Of a stretch of 64,000 nucleotides of DNA, positions 13,001-26,025 are shown in pieces. Numbering within the stretch: the stretch's first letter is position 1; the number at the start of each line of letters is the position of its first letter. The translations under genes and the position numbers were made by a program. The DNA comes from Cycas panzhihuaensis (lineage: Eukaryota; Plantae; Cycadophyta). Under the pieces are notes generated by a model. It had not been told where the DNA came from. It saw only the letters and a list, made by a program, of their open reading frames with translations, and made no database searches. Location of the stretch: contig CM041465.1 of NCBI GenBank assembly GCA_023213395.1, positions 152,217,741-152,281,740 of the forward strand. Reading direction: 5' to 3'.

Positions 13001-14128
13001 TATCACAAAAAGTTTGATGCCTTTATAAAGAGCCAAATTTTCAAAAGAAACGAGTATGATTATTATATTTATTTTAAATTCTTAGGTAATGTCTTATTTA
13101 TTATCTTGGTATTGTATGTTGATAACATACTAGTTGCAATCAAGAGTATGGCAGAAATTAACAAGTTAAAAGCTCAATTGACTAGGACTTTTGATATGAA
13201 GGCTCTAATAGTTGCAAAATAAATCTTAAGTATGGAGATACATAGAGACAGGAAAAATAGTAAGCTATGGTTATCACAGAAGAAATATATGGAGAAGGTG
13301 CTAACTAGATTTAGTATGGAAAATGTGAAACTATTTAGTATCTCATTGGCTTCCTATTTCAAGCTTTCTTCGAGTATGAGTCCTAGTAGTAAAGAAGAAA
13401 AGTATTATATGTCTCATATACCTTATGCCAGTATAGTAGAAAGTTTTATGTGTGTTATGGTATGTACAAGACTTGATATTTCACATGCAGTCAGTATAGT
13501 TAGCAAGTTTATGGAAAATCTTAAAAAGGAACATTGGGCATCATTGAAATGGGTGCTTCAGTATTTGAGGGGCACAAGTGACTATTGCATCCACTTTGAA
13601 GGTACAGGTAATTAGGTTTGTAGGTATGTTGATTTAGACTTTAGAGGAGATTTAGATAAGAGAAGGTCTACTTTAGGTTATATGTTTACTCTTGTAAATG
13701 GTCTAGTTAGTTGGATGTCAAAATTATGGAGTACAATTACATTATCAACTACAGAAGTAGAATATGTTACTACATCACATGCTTATAAGGAAGAAATCTA
13801 GTTACAGGGTCCATTAGTTAAGCTTGGAAAGAAATAGAAAAAGATAAAGCTATTTTGTGATAGTCAAAGTTCTATTTACTTAGTAAAGAATCTAGCTTAT
13901 GATAGTAGGATAAAGCATATTGCTCTTAAGTACTATTCAATTAGACAGGTTGTGGAAATAGGTAGAGTGGCACTTGAGAAGGTTAACACAAAATAGAATT
14001 CTACTGACATATTCATAAAACTAGTGCTATTGAAGAAGTTTAAATGGTACTTGATTTTTCTTGGTTTTCAGAAAATGTGATGAATAGTCTAAGAAAGATA
14101 TTAACTAAATTATTGTTAAGGTGGTGAT

Positions 14129-14777
14129 TGTTAACAACAATGTTTTAGACATAAAAAATTTTGATAGGTTGGTAGTGCAAATTTTTCTCCAAACTTTTGT
14201 GGGGTGATCCAAGGGAGAAAAGAGCCCCTCTTGGAGTGGGGGGGGGTTGTGTAGGGGGACCCCCATTCCTCCGTAAAGAGGGAGTTTAGGGGTAATAGCC
14301 CCCAACCTAAAAAACTAGCACTATGAAACATACTAAATTATAAAGAGAATGGGGTCATTCATTTAAAATATTTCAGATTTAATGGTCAAGATTTATGCCT
14401 TATATGACTCTCTTATATAGCTTGATTTAGGGTGTTTTTTCATTATATTAATGGCATTCGATGTATTGTATGTAGTGTGAGGAGTAGAGTGGTTGGTTAT
14501 TGTTACTATGAATATTCTTTTATAGATTATATATATTTCTCCATTCTTGAATAATAAAGATTGATACATTTCCTATGTGGATGTTTTCCTAGCACACTGC
14601 CAAGGTTTTACCATGTTATATCTAGTGTATATATGATGACTTTCTAATTTATTTATTGTATTATTTCTGGTTTAAGAACTTGCATGTTAAATTTTAGTTT
14701 CAAGTCGTGTAACTAGTTACAAAATAGTTTAATTCTTGGTTACGATTTCTGGTTATTAGGACCTAGTTTTCTCAACA
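14129..14777 (+). repeat. 3' LTR of Copia A
   Basis: TG...CA termini, preceded by PPT, followed by TSD. Confidence 0.9.
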
Positions 14778-15309
14778 AGGATCACTTTAGACTATGATAC
14801 AATAGTAGAATAATCCAACTATATCATTTGATAAATTAACAAATTTGTTAGTGAAATACTAGATAATATTAGTCTAAGCTAACAAGATATAAGATCCTTT
14901 ATAAGCTCTTTTCACATACTTTAAGTTATTTTAATGACCTAAAACATAGAATTAACAACCACAAATTATAGCTAAAATATATAATAATTCTAGAACTCAA
15001 AAATAGAATAGAGTTCCAATATTACATATAAGAATCCTAATCCTAGGTTTAATAACTCTAATCCTAGTTTATTATGGAACTTTAATCAACACTTAATGTA
15101 AAATTTGCCCCATGGTCAAATTCTAATTAATTTAAATTTTTTAGTTAGAAACCTATCTAGAATCCTAGGTTTGATTAAAATATAGTTCAAACTTATACTT
15201 ATTACCACAAAAAAGAATATAGTAAAGTGGTTTATAGGAAACAAATAGTTTTTGAGGCATGGAAAGCCTCTAAAGGAACTCAACAAAAGTCTAATTAGTC
15301 TAACTATAT

Positions 15310-17919
15310 TCTCTCTTAGTCTTGAAGCCTTACTTTAGTGTTATTTACTTCATCTAAGGGACTTGTATAGTTACATTTTATCTTTCTCTTATACTTTAAC
15401 TACTTACATTTAGATTAGTGATAGTTTAGCTTGATTGTTCTTTTTCTTCTCAATTTGTTTGTTGATTGATTAGTAGCTCAACTAGGTAGCTTAATACTAT
15501 TTATGTAACCCTTGTCTACTTCCCCTTATTTTCTCTTTAGTACTCAACCTTCTATGCTTCTTCGCACCCTGTAACCCTGCATTCGCATCCATGAGGCACA
15601 TGATTTCTCATGAGGAAATCATTGAACTCCCTTCTCTAATTTAGGCCTCTTACCTTGGGTTTTAAGTCAAGTCATATGAGCCACATCCCTCTAATATAAG
15701 TTACATCTTAAGTAACCTTACTAAGGACTTCCTAGTATGAGTCATTTTCTTTTCATTAACTCCTTTCCTTGTTTATTTGAGACTTGTTACCACAAGCGTC
15801 TTTCTTAAGGCCTCTTTAGTAGCTCGCCTTGATTAAAATCACTCACTATATTATACGAGAGTGCAAAGAAAAAAGCAATAATAATAACGATGTGATCCCT
15901 ATCATTGTCACTAAAATGATTATTTAATAATGAGATTTTATTCTTTTAATAAGAGGAAATATTTAAAGTCAAGATAAACCCTAGAAGAAAGAAATATTTT
16001 TTTTGTCTACAAGGAACATTATCCCTATAAGTGATGAATGAATATTTATGTGTGTATATGGTCACTAGTTATATTGAAATATAGAAAGGTAAGAGCATTT
16101 ATAAAGAGCAACAAAGTTTATTTTGTAAGGGTGTTCAACTTTTTTTATTGCATTAATTCATCTTGTATATTCTCCCAAAATAAATTAATATATTTCTTAT
16201 TATTTTTTCTTAGCTAAATCAATCAAATAAAATATGAAAAATAAATCAAATAAGACATAAAGGCTCTTACTTTGTTTGTTCCTTGAGGATGTGTCTTCAC
16301 TTGATGACAAACAAGTGTAAACTCATATTCCTTCTTTATCCAATATTCTTTCAACTTTCAAGACAATGCTAAAGAAATTACTGCCAAGTATATATTTCTC
16401 ATTAACATTAGAAAAAACTAAATAAACAATATATAGTAGTTATTCCAAAATCAAAGTAAGGCTATATAAGTACGCTTGACAGTCACCCCAAGACAATGTG
16501 CAAAAGAGAAAGTAAGATAAGTGAGAAGAATGAGTAATTGTGAGAGTGATAAATCAAAAATCAATAATAAATAAATAACAAATAGAAACATAAAATATAA
16601 AAATAAATAAAATATGCTAAAATATAAGAAAAGCAATCATGTTGATGAAATTGTATCACCAAAATAATCTATACTATGGAAACATAGATGAGCAGTCGCA
16701 CGAATGCTACATGAATCAAATTAGAAAAGCATGATATGATCATAGACAATACTATAAAAATGGAATTAGTATCCTATAATATATTATAGGTATTGGAAGA
16801 AGAGATGTAATATAATAAAGTGATATTATAGAAATTATGAAGAGGATGTACAATATGGTACTACAAAAAATGAGTAATATATTATCTTTTAGGATTTGAA
16901 CTGTTAAATACACCAATGGATAAAAGTGGAAAAGTAAAAGGGGTATAACTTTCTTATATGATGTCTATTTTTAGATCACGATGACTCAATTCATATCTAC
17001 TTAAGGAGATCTATGCAATGGGCCATGTAATAAAAGTGATTGTATTCAAAATCAATGTTTAAAATGTACCAAAAAAAAAAAAAAGTGAATAAAATACAAC
17101 AAAAAGAGTATATAAAACAAACAAAAGAAGTAACGATTGCCATAAGACTCAACTTACAAAGCTATACCTTTGTGATGAAAAGGTGTTATAGAGTCTAGAT
17201 CCCTTTTGCATTGTCGATGAAAGGTAAATGCAATATGCATAGGTAACAAAAGTATACGTTCAATTACATGTAGCATAAAGAAAACATCAAGCAAATGTAG
17301 GCAATCAAATGTAGCATAAGGCATATGACAAGTAATGTATGTATATCTAATATGTGAGAAAAAAAACGTTATTTCCAATGTTTATAAATTTGAGGCAAGG
17401 GGTTTAAAATTAAGAAAACAAATACTACTTGCAAAAATCCCAAGGGAAAATTCACACCAAATCAATTGAATAGACAAAGATCTATGTTAATTTTATAGAG
17501 CAATTTTCAGATAATATTATAATAAACCTATAATTATATTAAACATATCTCAAAGTATACACTAGAATATATAAATGATAGAGAACAATTACATATTATT
17601 ATGCATAAGAAATATCTAAAACTCAATATCATGTAATATACCCTCTTTGAGGGAAGGTGTCCTCCAAAACAGACTCCAACTAGGAGTGCAACCTCAAGAG
17701 CTCTAATAATCTTCACACCAATTTGATATCACAAATGAGGCCTAGGGACTTTATATATAGTTGTAATAAATGTCATTGGTAAAAGTTGATTTTTAGGCTA
17801 ATAAAGAGAGAGAATATGATAAGAAAGTGGAAGTTGGTTGTAATGTGGCTAAAGAGAGAGAATAAAGAGAGAAGTAAAGAGAGAGAATATTAAGAGCACA
17901 TAGGATCAACTAGCATTTG
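15310..17919. repeat. Left arm of a ~2.5-kb inverted repeat (pairs with 29596-32012)
   Basis: Reverse-complement alignment by eye, e.g. 15310 TCTCTCTTAGTCTTGAAGCC vs GGCTTCAAGACTAAGAGAGA ending 32012, and 17910 CTAGCATTTG vs 29596 CAAATGCTAG; roughly 90-95% identity outside indels. Confidence 0.9.
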
Positions 17920-18013
17920 ATGGCGCTTGGTTCATGTTTCTATGGAAGTTGGTGCTGGCTTACAATCTATCATCTTGAATCTTAAGGGCCATTTATTCAT
18001 AAGACCTAACTTG

Positions 18014-18073
18014 AATCCCAAGGATAAATTCATGCCAAACCAATTGATTTGGTGTGAATTTGCCCTTGGGATT
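18014..18073. repeat. 60-bp imperfect palindrome centred on CAATTG
   Basis: AATCCCAAGGATAAATTCATGCCAAAC-CAATTG-ATTTGGTGTGAATTTGCCCTTGGGATT; each half resembles 17436-17468. Confidence 0.85.
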
Positions 18074-18199
18074 TTGCCCTAGGGTTCATCTTAAGGGCCA
18101 TTTGTTCATAAGACCTAACTTAAATCCTAATTAGGAAATGTGAATGAAAGGAATTTGATGAGGTGTCTATAGACTAGTATCCCCAATGTTTTATGAGGT

Positions 18200-18438
<239 letters not shown>

Positions 18439-19740
18439 TACATTTTTCTTTTCTCACTTTTTTGGTCATTGACTGGCTGGCTAACTATATGCACATGAAC
18501 TGATGAAAAATTGGATAGACACAATATATTTAATAAATTGATGATGGCTGGCTCTCTGACTGACTAAGTGTGCATAGACCACTAATAGACTAACCAAGTA
18601 CACTAAGTATAGGCTTATCTAGTTTGTAGACCCTCTGATATACTAATCCCAATCATAAATAGTATCAACTTATAGAAGCTAATGCTCTACTCTACAGTCG
18701 TTCTACCCTATCTCTCGAGTACATGGAGAGTAACTTCTCAGGCTGACTACTTAGTAGTGCAATAAAAATTACATATGGTCAATAGGTTTCCTATGGCTAC
18801 CTACACTAGGAAGGCCTATCTAGGAGGTCCACCTATATACCTATTGGTACATAGAGGCATAATTCTATAGTCAAGTTCTGTCTAAGGCTTGATTTAGGAG
18901 TGTGATCTCTAGTCTTTCATGTAAGGGACAAAAAAGCCATAATGAGCTTAACCTAAAATGACAGATCCTTATGATATTTATAGACTCTTGACATAGGGTC
19001 TCTATCTAGATACAAAAGAAAACTGCCCAGTGGTAGTGTTAGGATAGTTGCCTGATTACAGTGTTGTCTACCCCTAAAAAATAAAAGTAACTAAGTAAAA
19101 ATCAAATGAAAATAGGTACTTACAAAAAGAAACTAATGGAAAAAAATTGATTATTTAATATATTTAACACTCTCAAAGTGTATGAATTGATTACTTTGAT
19201 ACTACTTGGTAGGATACCACTCGTTAATGACAATTACATCCTAACATAACACATAAATAACACTAATAAGAGCACTTGTATTGTAATACCCTTTGAAGAG
19301 GCAACCTCCCAATTACATACAATAATAATGATATTTAAGATACCTTACTCTAAGGATTACATAAATATATATATGGCTCTATGCTGACTACCTAACCTCC
19401 TACTTATACATGTGGGATATTACATGAATATGCATAGTGCTCAATAAATACTACACAACCTTTTACTTATGCATGTGAGATATTAAGAAGAGAGAAAAAG
19501 TAAAAGAAATAAAAGATATAAGAGAAGATAAAAGAGAGAAGAAGTAGAAGATATAAGAGAATATAAGAGGTGGTAAGTTAGGGGTTATATCCCTAATAGA
19601 TATTTCCTCATAGGGCTAATAGTTTTCACATCCATCATATCCGTTACAAAGCTGACTCAGAGAGCTTCGAAATGAGTGGTTGCTTGATATATTTTGGATC
19701 ATCGTGGAGAGTGCACTAGTCTATAAAAATCTAAGTTCCT

Positions 19741-20025
19741 TGTAAAACCTTAAAAAATTAGTAGAAACTAATTAAAATCATAAAAAATATTAGTTAAAAT
19801 ATTAATGTAATAGCTCCAAACATTTGTTGGGCTGATTATGCTTGTAAACTCTGCACAGATCTAAGAAAATATAAATTATTCTATTGCAAAACCTCAAAAA
19901 CTTAGTACAAAAAGATTAAAATCATAAGAAACATTAGCTGAAATGCCAATGTAATGGCTCTAAACATTTGTTAGGTTAATTATGGCTGCAAAAATTGCAT
20001 AGATCTAAGAAAATATAGGTTATTT
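19741..20025. repeat. Two diverged ~144-bp tandem units (leader region of a minus-strand LTR element)
   Basis: TGTAAAACCT...GATCTAAGAAAATATA repeated from 19885. Confidence 0.8.
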
Positions 20026-20348
20026 TGAGCATATGGATCAAAATAATCAAGTTTTTAGCAAAAAATATTATCACAATTATCAATAAATCTTATAAAAAGC
20101 TAAATAAAAGAAATATACTACTTGTTGTAAGCTATGATACTAATGTTACCAAGATCATGATGCTCATGTAACTAAGATCTAAACCTGAATATAATCCAAA
20201 ATCTACAAATGTAAATGTAGCCAAGATCTATTACTTTGATGCTAAGTAATAAAGCTAAATATAACCAAGGTCTTAATGCTCTTTTACAAATGTTTCTAAG
20301 ATCAACACAAAGGTTGCCAAGATAATGTTAGAGGCCCAAGAATAATAT

Positions 20349-20733
20349 GCTCTGATACTATGTTAGAGTATGAAGAATAAAGTAGAGTAAGTGAGCATAC
20401 AAATCAAAGTAACATTCAAGCCATATTGAGAGTACACATTGTAAATATCATTGTATTAAGTTATATTTGAAGAAAGTACATAAAAATTCCTTTGATAAAG
20501 GTGAGGTTGAAGAACACTAGGGTTTTAAACCCTATAAAATATATACTTAGGAGGGAGAAGGTAATCCTCCTCAACATCTAAATTCAAGAAAATATAAAAT
20601 AATGATAATGCATAATAAAATAATCCTACCTTAACTTATCATGAGGATGTGTACACTCACATGTTCTTAAGGTGAGAGTTAAGTGAAGGATATTAATCCT
20701 AATACAAATGATAATTTATTATTTATATTAACA
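20349..20733 (-). mobile_element. 5' LTR plus tRNA-iMet PBS of a truncated minus-strand LTR element
   Basis: GCTCTGATACTA (reverse-complement PBS) at 20349-20360 next to TGTTA...TAACA at 20361-20733. Confidence 0.7.
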
Positions 20734-23700
20734 CTAGCTTATACAAGAAAAAATAGTTTTGGTGCCCCTATCATATGGTGGAAGGTACTTGAAGGTACAA
20801 TTTAACTCTACTTGAATTGTATTTATCTTTATGGAAGTAGATCCAATTTAGGATCACTTCAATTCTATAGTTTTCTATGATTTTTTTCACCTCCATCACC
20901 AACTTAGGTGGATAATTATTTTACTTTTAACTATACTTCTTTTCTATGGAACTTATGAATAGCAATTGCATTCAAGCAAATATATTTTAAATACCCTTTC
21001 AACATGATCATCTTAGGTATGTAAACAATAGCCATAACTGTATGAATTTAGAACACCTTAATTTTCTTTGTGGACTAGTATATTTGGATTTTATGATACT
21101 TGTTGGCAAACCTACTCAATATATAGATAAAGGTGGTCAAAGAGAAAAATATAAATGACTTTATGTGAACCTACGTAGGAGAGAAAAACACTAAAATGTG
21201 ACTTTGACATCATTGTTTTCTTAAACTCACCAACTCTTTTTATCTCATATAATTTTTATTCTACTCATATTTTATTATTTCTTTGCTTGAAATCATATTC
21301 TTATAGAGCAACTATTGTGATTCTTAAGAATGTGAATTTAGTCTTATGAATTAGGTCATCATTCATTTCATTCAAGCATTATCAAAGGATTCAAGTGAGT
21401 CAAAATCAAATAAAAGGCATCTCATTATCATCTCAATCAAGAGGCTTCTAGTTAGGATTGTGATACCCCAAGAAACCCAAGGAACATCGCTTACTTATCC
21501 AAAATTATATAAATAGTGTGTACTTATCCTTCATACATGCTCTTATATCTTATTAGAAGATAATTTGCATCTTCCATGGAATATTAATGCAGTTTTCATA
21601 TGGATAACATGCATCAAGGCTCTCATGTTTCTCATAAACACTTCTCATTAATATAATAGGGTATTAATATGTAGTATAATATAATATATTATAGTTCATA
21701 TTGCTTTAAATCAATTTAATTAAATTATAGGTTCTATATTGGCAAGGAAAATGTGTGAAGCCATCAATTCTAGTTACTATATAAGGTTATTAATATTAAT
21801 CCCAAGTAATTATTCCATTTTATTACTTTCATGTCATTGCTCTATTCCTTCTTAAATTTGCTAAAGAAATTATTCTAAGTGTGCATGTAGAATAGTGGAA
21901 GCTATATTCTTGGGAACATAATGTCCATTTGCAAGTTTCTTAAGAGCTGCCAACTTTACTTATTATGGAGAAATTATATATCTTGGAGGGTTATTGAGCT
22001 TAGGTATTAGTGTTTAATGTGGCTAAAGTTTCCATCTTTCTCTTTGATTTCTTAAGTATAATATATACGTTTGAGGTGACACTAAGCTATCTAAGTTACT
22101 TGAAACATTCACCTATTACTACTCTAAATGGTTTTTCAAGCCTTAACACAAAGCATTTAAATTTCAGTAATTTTACTATAGAAAACCATAATGTCTCTTT
22201 CATACACTAATGAATTCTATTTTAACCAACTTTAACCACATTTTGTAACATCCTGTTATTACATCTTATATATTTCTTTATTCATTGTATTATATATCTC
22301 ATTGTACATTTGATCCTACTAAGTTTCATTAATGATATTATCTTGATTATCCTTTTATTATAAAATGAGAGCCTAATGAAATACCTGATTATGTGTAAGG
22401 TGTGAACCTTGGTATATTTTATATTTTGTAGTATCACATTATGTGACACCATTAATGAGCGGCATATGTCTATGCCTATGTATATACAAATGTCTTAAGG
22501 GTTAGATACGAAATTTCTTTATTATTAATGTAATAGACTAAGTCTATTAGTAATGAAAGAGTGTGGTTGAATTGCTCAAAATAAAATAATAAGGGTTACA
22601 TAATAATAGTGAAGGAGGAATTTCTAAAGGGTGGATTTGAAGTGTTGACCCTTAGTGTCCAATTCCTTCTTTATAAGCCCATAGAGTCATTAGAGGGGAT
22701 TAGTAGAGTAATACATGAGCTTACACTTACACATAATACTAATCCTTTTCAAGCATTATGAAGAAGGTGGATTAGTCCTAATTATCTTCTTATAACCTTA
22801 ATATAAAGAAGTTACAGATAAAACGAAGTGGCTAATATAAGAGGTAGTTGACTTATAAAAGAAAAAGGGTGGAAAGTGATTTATACTTTATACACATTTT
22901 AGAATAGCACTTTAAATTTAGGGGGCCATCTTCCTAGTGTGATACTGATGTTCTTGACTATATTGGGTGTAATACCTAATTACATAATAACCCTCATATA
23001 TACTCTCTCTACATTATGTATATTTTATATTTGAGGTTGTGAGCCACATAGAGATATGTGCCACCTCTAGATTGACCAATGAGGTTCTCTCATTGATGGT
23101 GAGCTTGTATTATAAGCATGTACATTATCATTTATTCTAATTTAAGCTTTGGCCATTTCTCTATATCTTGTGTTCATTTGTACATACTTCATCTTCTTTG
23201 AGCTTCATTGTTATATCTTTAACTCACCATCACATCCTTTGTATGCATTGCATATTCAAATTCTAATATGGCATTAGAGTACAAGGTTGAATCCTTAAAG
23301 GTATTATTGTTGAGTCTTATACATGTTATCCTTTTTTGATCTTTTAGAAACCTTGTTAATTTTTTTGTTATACCTAATTTGTGACATGATCATTATTCAC
23401 TTAAAGGATCATTTTAAGTTATTTAAAGCTAGCTTATGCACATTTTTTATGGGATTACTATCAATATTTTTAGGGGTTATTATGATATTGTTATAAGGAT
23501 GTTTTGAAGCCTGTTTAGAGTATTTTTTAAAGCTCTGTGAAGTTTGTTTTATGCTGCTCACAATGGATAATTTGTATGCATGTGGCACTAAAATAATATT
23601 GCATGCAGGTTCTTCATGGTGAAATCTATATAAATATTTCTTCCTTATGCAGATTCCAATTACTATATAGCTATCTCCTTTATATATTAATAGACATATT

Positions 23701-23887
23701 ATAACAAGAATTATTGACAGTAATTAAGAGGGTCATTTCTTGCTATATGAAGGCTAGAAGTGACTTCACATTAAAAAAGGATTTGTAGATTTGCAAGTAA
23801 ATAATAAAGGTCAAAATATATATCTGCTTAACTATGTAACCTCTTTATGTTATTATTATATTTAAAATATATATATTCATAAATACA

Positions 23888-23923
<36 letters not shown>

Positions 23924-24334
23924 TATGGCCTTCAATATTTGACTAATATTTTTATGTGAAAAAGAAAAGGGGAGTAGGTCACCTGTCAATCATGGGTTAA
24001 GTATGTCTTCCATCTACCTTGTTGGGGAATGCATCACTACTACTAATCCATCCTAGCCTTTATCCCATAAGAGTTCAATGGATTTTAAAAATGGAACAAT
24101 GCTAGAAACACTGAACGAGTAAGAAGAATACTATGAAGGTTAGTTCCAAGCCACCATTGTAAAAAAATTAGGATATGAAAACCCTCACAATCTCTTAATC
24201 TCTATCTTCTTACTAGCATGACATAAATTTCTTAAATAGAAGACTATTCTTGGGTTTAATTTGGGACTAGTTAATCATGAACGAAGACTATTTACAACAG
24301 AGATTGGGTCAAAGACCTTCAAAAGATCAGAAAG

Positions 24335-24714
24335 ATAGTTTACTTGAACATTTCTTTTTGCACAACCCTAATATTCAATAAGAAGTGGAAGAAGAATAAT
24401 AAGAGGCCTAATGTAGTGGAGCCAACAATCCTAAGGAGAATGCAGGAGAATGTATTGAGAGAAGCATTAGAAGAGGCATCTGAGGACAAATCTCTTCATA
24501 AATCGTAGATCCTTATAGTAGAGGATGCCTCAGCTCTGCATCGTTCCAAGTCTCTAGCCCATCTTAATGCATAGAGAGACTTCTTAAAGACCACCACATA
24601 GGGTGTAGTATAATCTTCAATGAGGAGGATGACATTCTAAAGTTGGAAGAGGCCTATGCTAGATTTAAATCCATGTATCCCAAGTTTGAGAGCATAAAGA
24701 GCATAGACAAGTAG
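24335..24714 (+). pseudogene. N-terminal fragment of a plant PLP-dependent transferase / molybdenum-cofactor-sulfurase-like gene (At2g23520/At4g37100-type family)
   Basis: ISFCTTLIFNKK...ILRRMQENVLREALEEASEDKSLHKS*...LHRSKSLAHLNA*RDFLKTT, frameshift, IFNEEDDILKLEEAYARFKSMYPKFESIKSIDK*. Matches the recalled family motifs LREALEEASEDGSLxKSQ, RSRSLARLxAQREFLRAT and LEEAFxKFLTMYPKY. Confidence 0.82.
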
Positions 24715-25547
24715 AATGAATCTATTGTAGTTATAAAATATTTGATAGAGAAATGAATAATGGCAACCCTAAATCATAATAGTGAAACTTAAAAAATTAA
24801 GATTATTTTTTTTTTATCATTATTTTTTTTGGGCACATATTATTATTAACTTTGGCAGATGTAAATTTTTACAAAATGGGCTTAATATTTTTTTTTGGTT
24901 GAAAAAATAAAATTTAATCAAATTTAATACTATTTTAGGCTAGCCCAACCTACTTGGTCATCAACTCCTAGTCGCATGGAGTATTTATGTGAACTCAATT
25001 AGTAGTGAAAGGGGCTAAGCCCTTATTTTTTAGCCCTTATATAGTCTTTATCATATTTTTTGCTATAACTTGAAATAAGTAACTTCATTTTTAGTCTTGT
25101 CAGTTGCATTGGATTTGTAATAGAGAGATCTTTTATTTGGCATATTACTTTATATTGTTTGGAGTTATTTTGATGTATAAATTTTATCTTAAATTTAAAA
25201 GTTTCTTTCAAACTTTTATTTTTCTTCATTTTTTTTAGCTTCTTTAGGCACATACACATATTTTTAAAGGCTTCATGATATTTTTTGATATGATATACCC
25301 TAAATGGTGGCAATAACATGTACTAAGGTCTTATTTTTTTGCTATAGAGAACCCATTTTACATTGAGCTTCATTATATGAGAGAGAGTCATTCATGTTAT
25401 ACTTGAGTTACATTTATCTTTCAAGTCATTTATTAGCATTATTACTAGTTTTTTAGCCCATAAAAGCATGATGTAAGCCTATGGTGGTATGATGTAAGAC
25501 CAAAGAGATATGTGTTTAGCCCATGAAGCAATTTGAGGCCACAGAGC

Positions 25548-26025
25548 CATTTGAAGACTACGCATTTCCCATATAAGCAAGAGGTGGGACCCATTTATAA
25601 CTACTCTTATTGGCATTGATAAAACTATGTGCACAAAGGAACTTCCTATTCAACTGGCAGTTGCAGTGATTAGTGACCCATGTATTCTAGTGGAGGTTAT
25701 TCTATTAATATGGATATCAATAGCTGATTATATTATTATAGCAGATTATGATTCAACTTATTTGAAGACTTGGCACTTTCCATTTGAAGATTGCTTGCAT
25801 TTCCTATATAAGCAAGAGGTGGGACGCCTTTACAGCTACTCTTTCTAGCGTTGATTGAACCATATACGTAAATGAAGTTTCTACTCAACTGGCAGTTATA
25901 GTGGCTAGTTACCAATGCATTCTAGTAGATGGACTTCACTTCATATGAACATTGGTATTTGATTATATTATTGTAGTAGCATATAATCTAGCATTCATTT
26001 GAAGACTTGACATTTATCATTTGAT
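25548..26025. repeat. Two diverged ~233-bp tandem units upstream of the PPT
   Basis: CATTTGAAGA...TATAAGCAAGAGGTGGGAC...CAACTGGCAGTT repeated at ~25548 and ~25781. Confidence 0.85.

Larger units (their letters stand above)
9417..14777 (+). mobile_element. Full-length degenerate Ty1/Copia element A (Tork/Tnt1-like)
   Basis: LTRs 9417-10079 and 14129-14777; PBS TGGTATCAGAGCC at 10082; PPT before 14129; TSD AGGAT at 9412-9416 and 14778-14782; gag-PR-INT-RT-RH remnants with many stops. Confidence 0.93.

Noticed and set aside
22244-22600. Solo LTR with TGTAAC...GTTACA ends
   Set aside because: Flanks CATTT and TAATA do not form a TSD; unsupported
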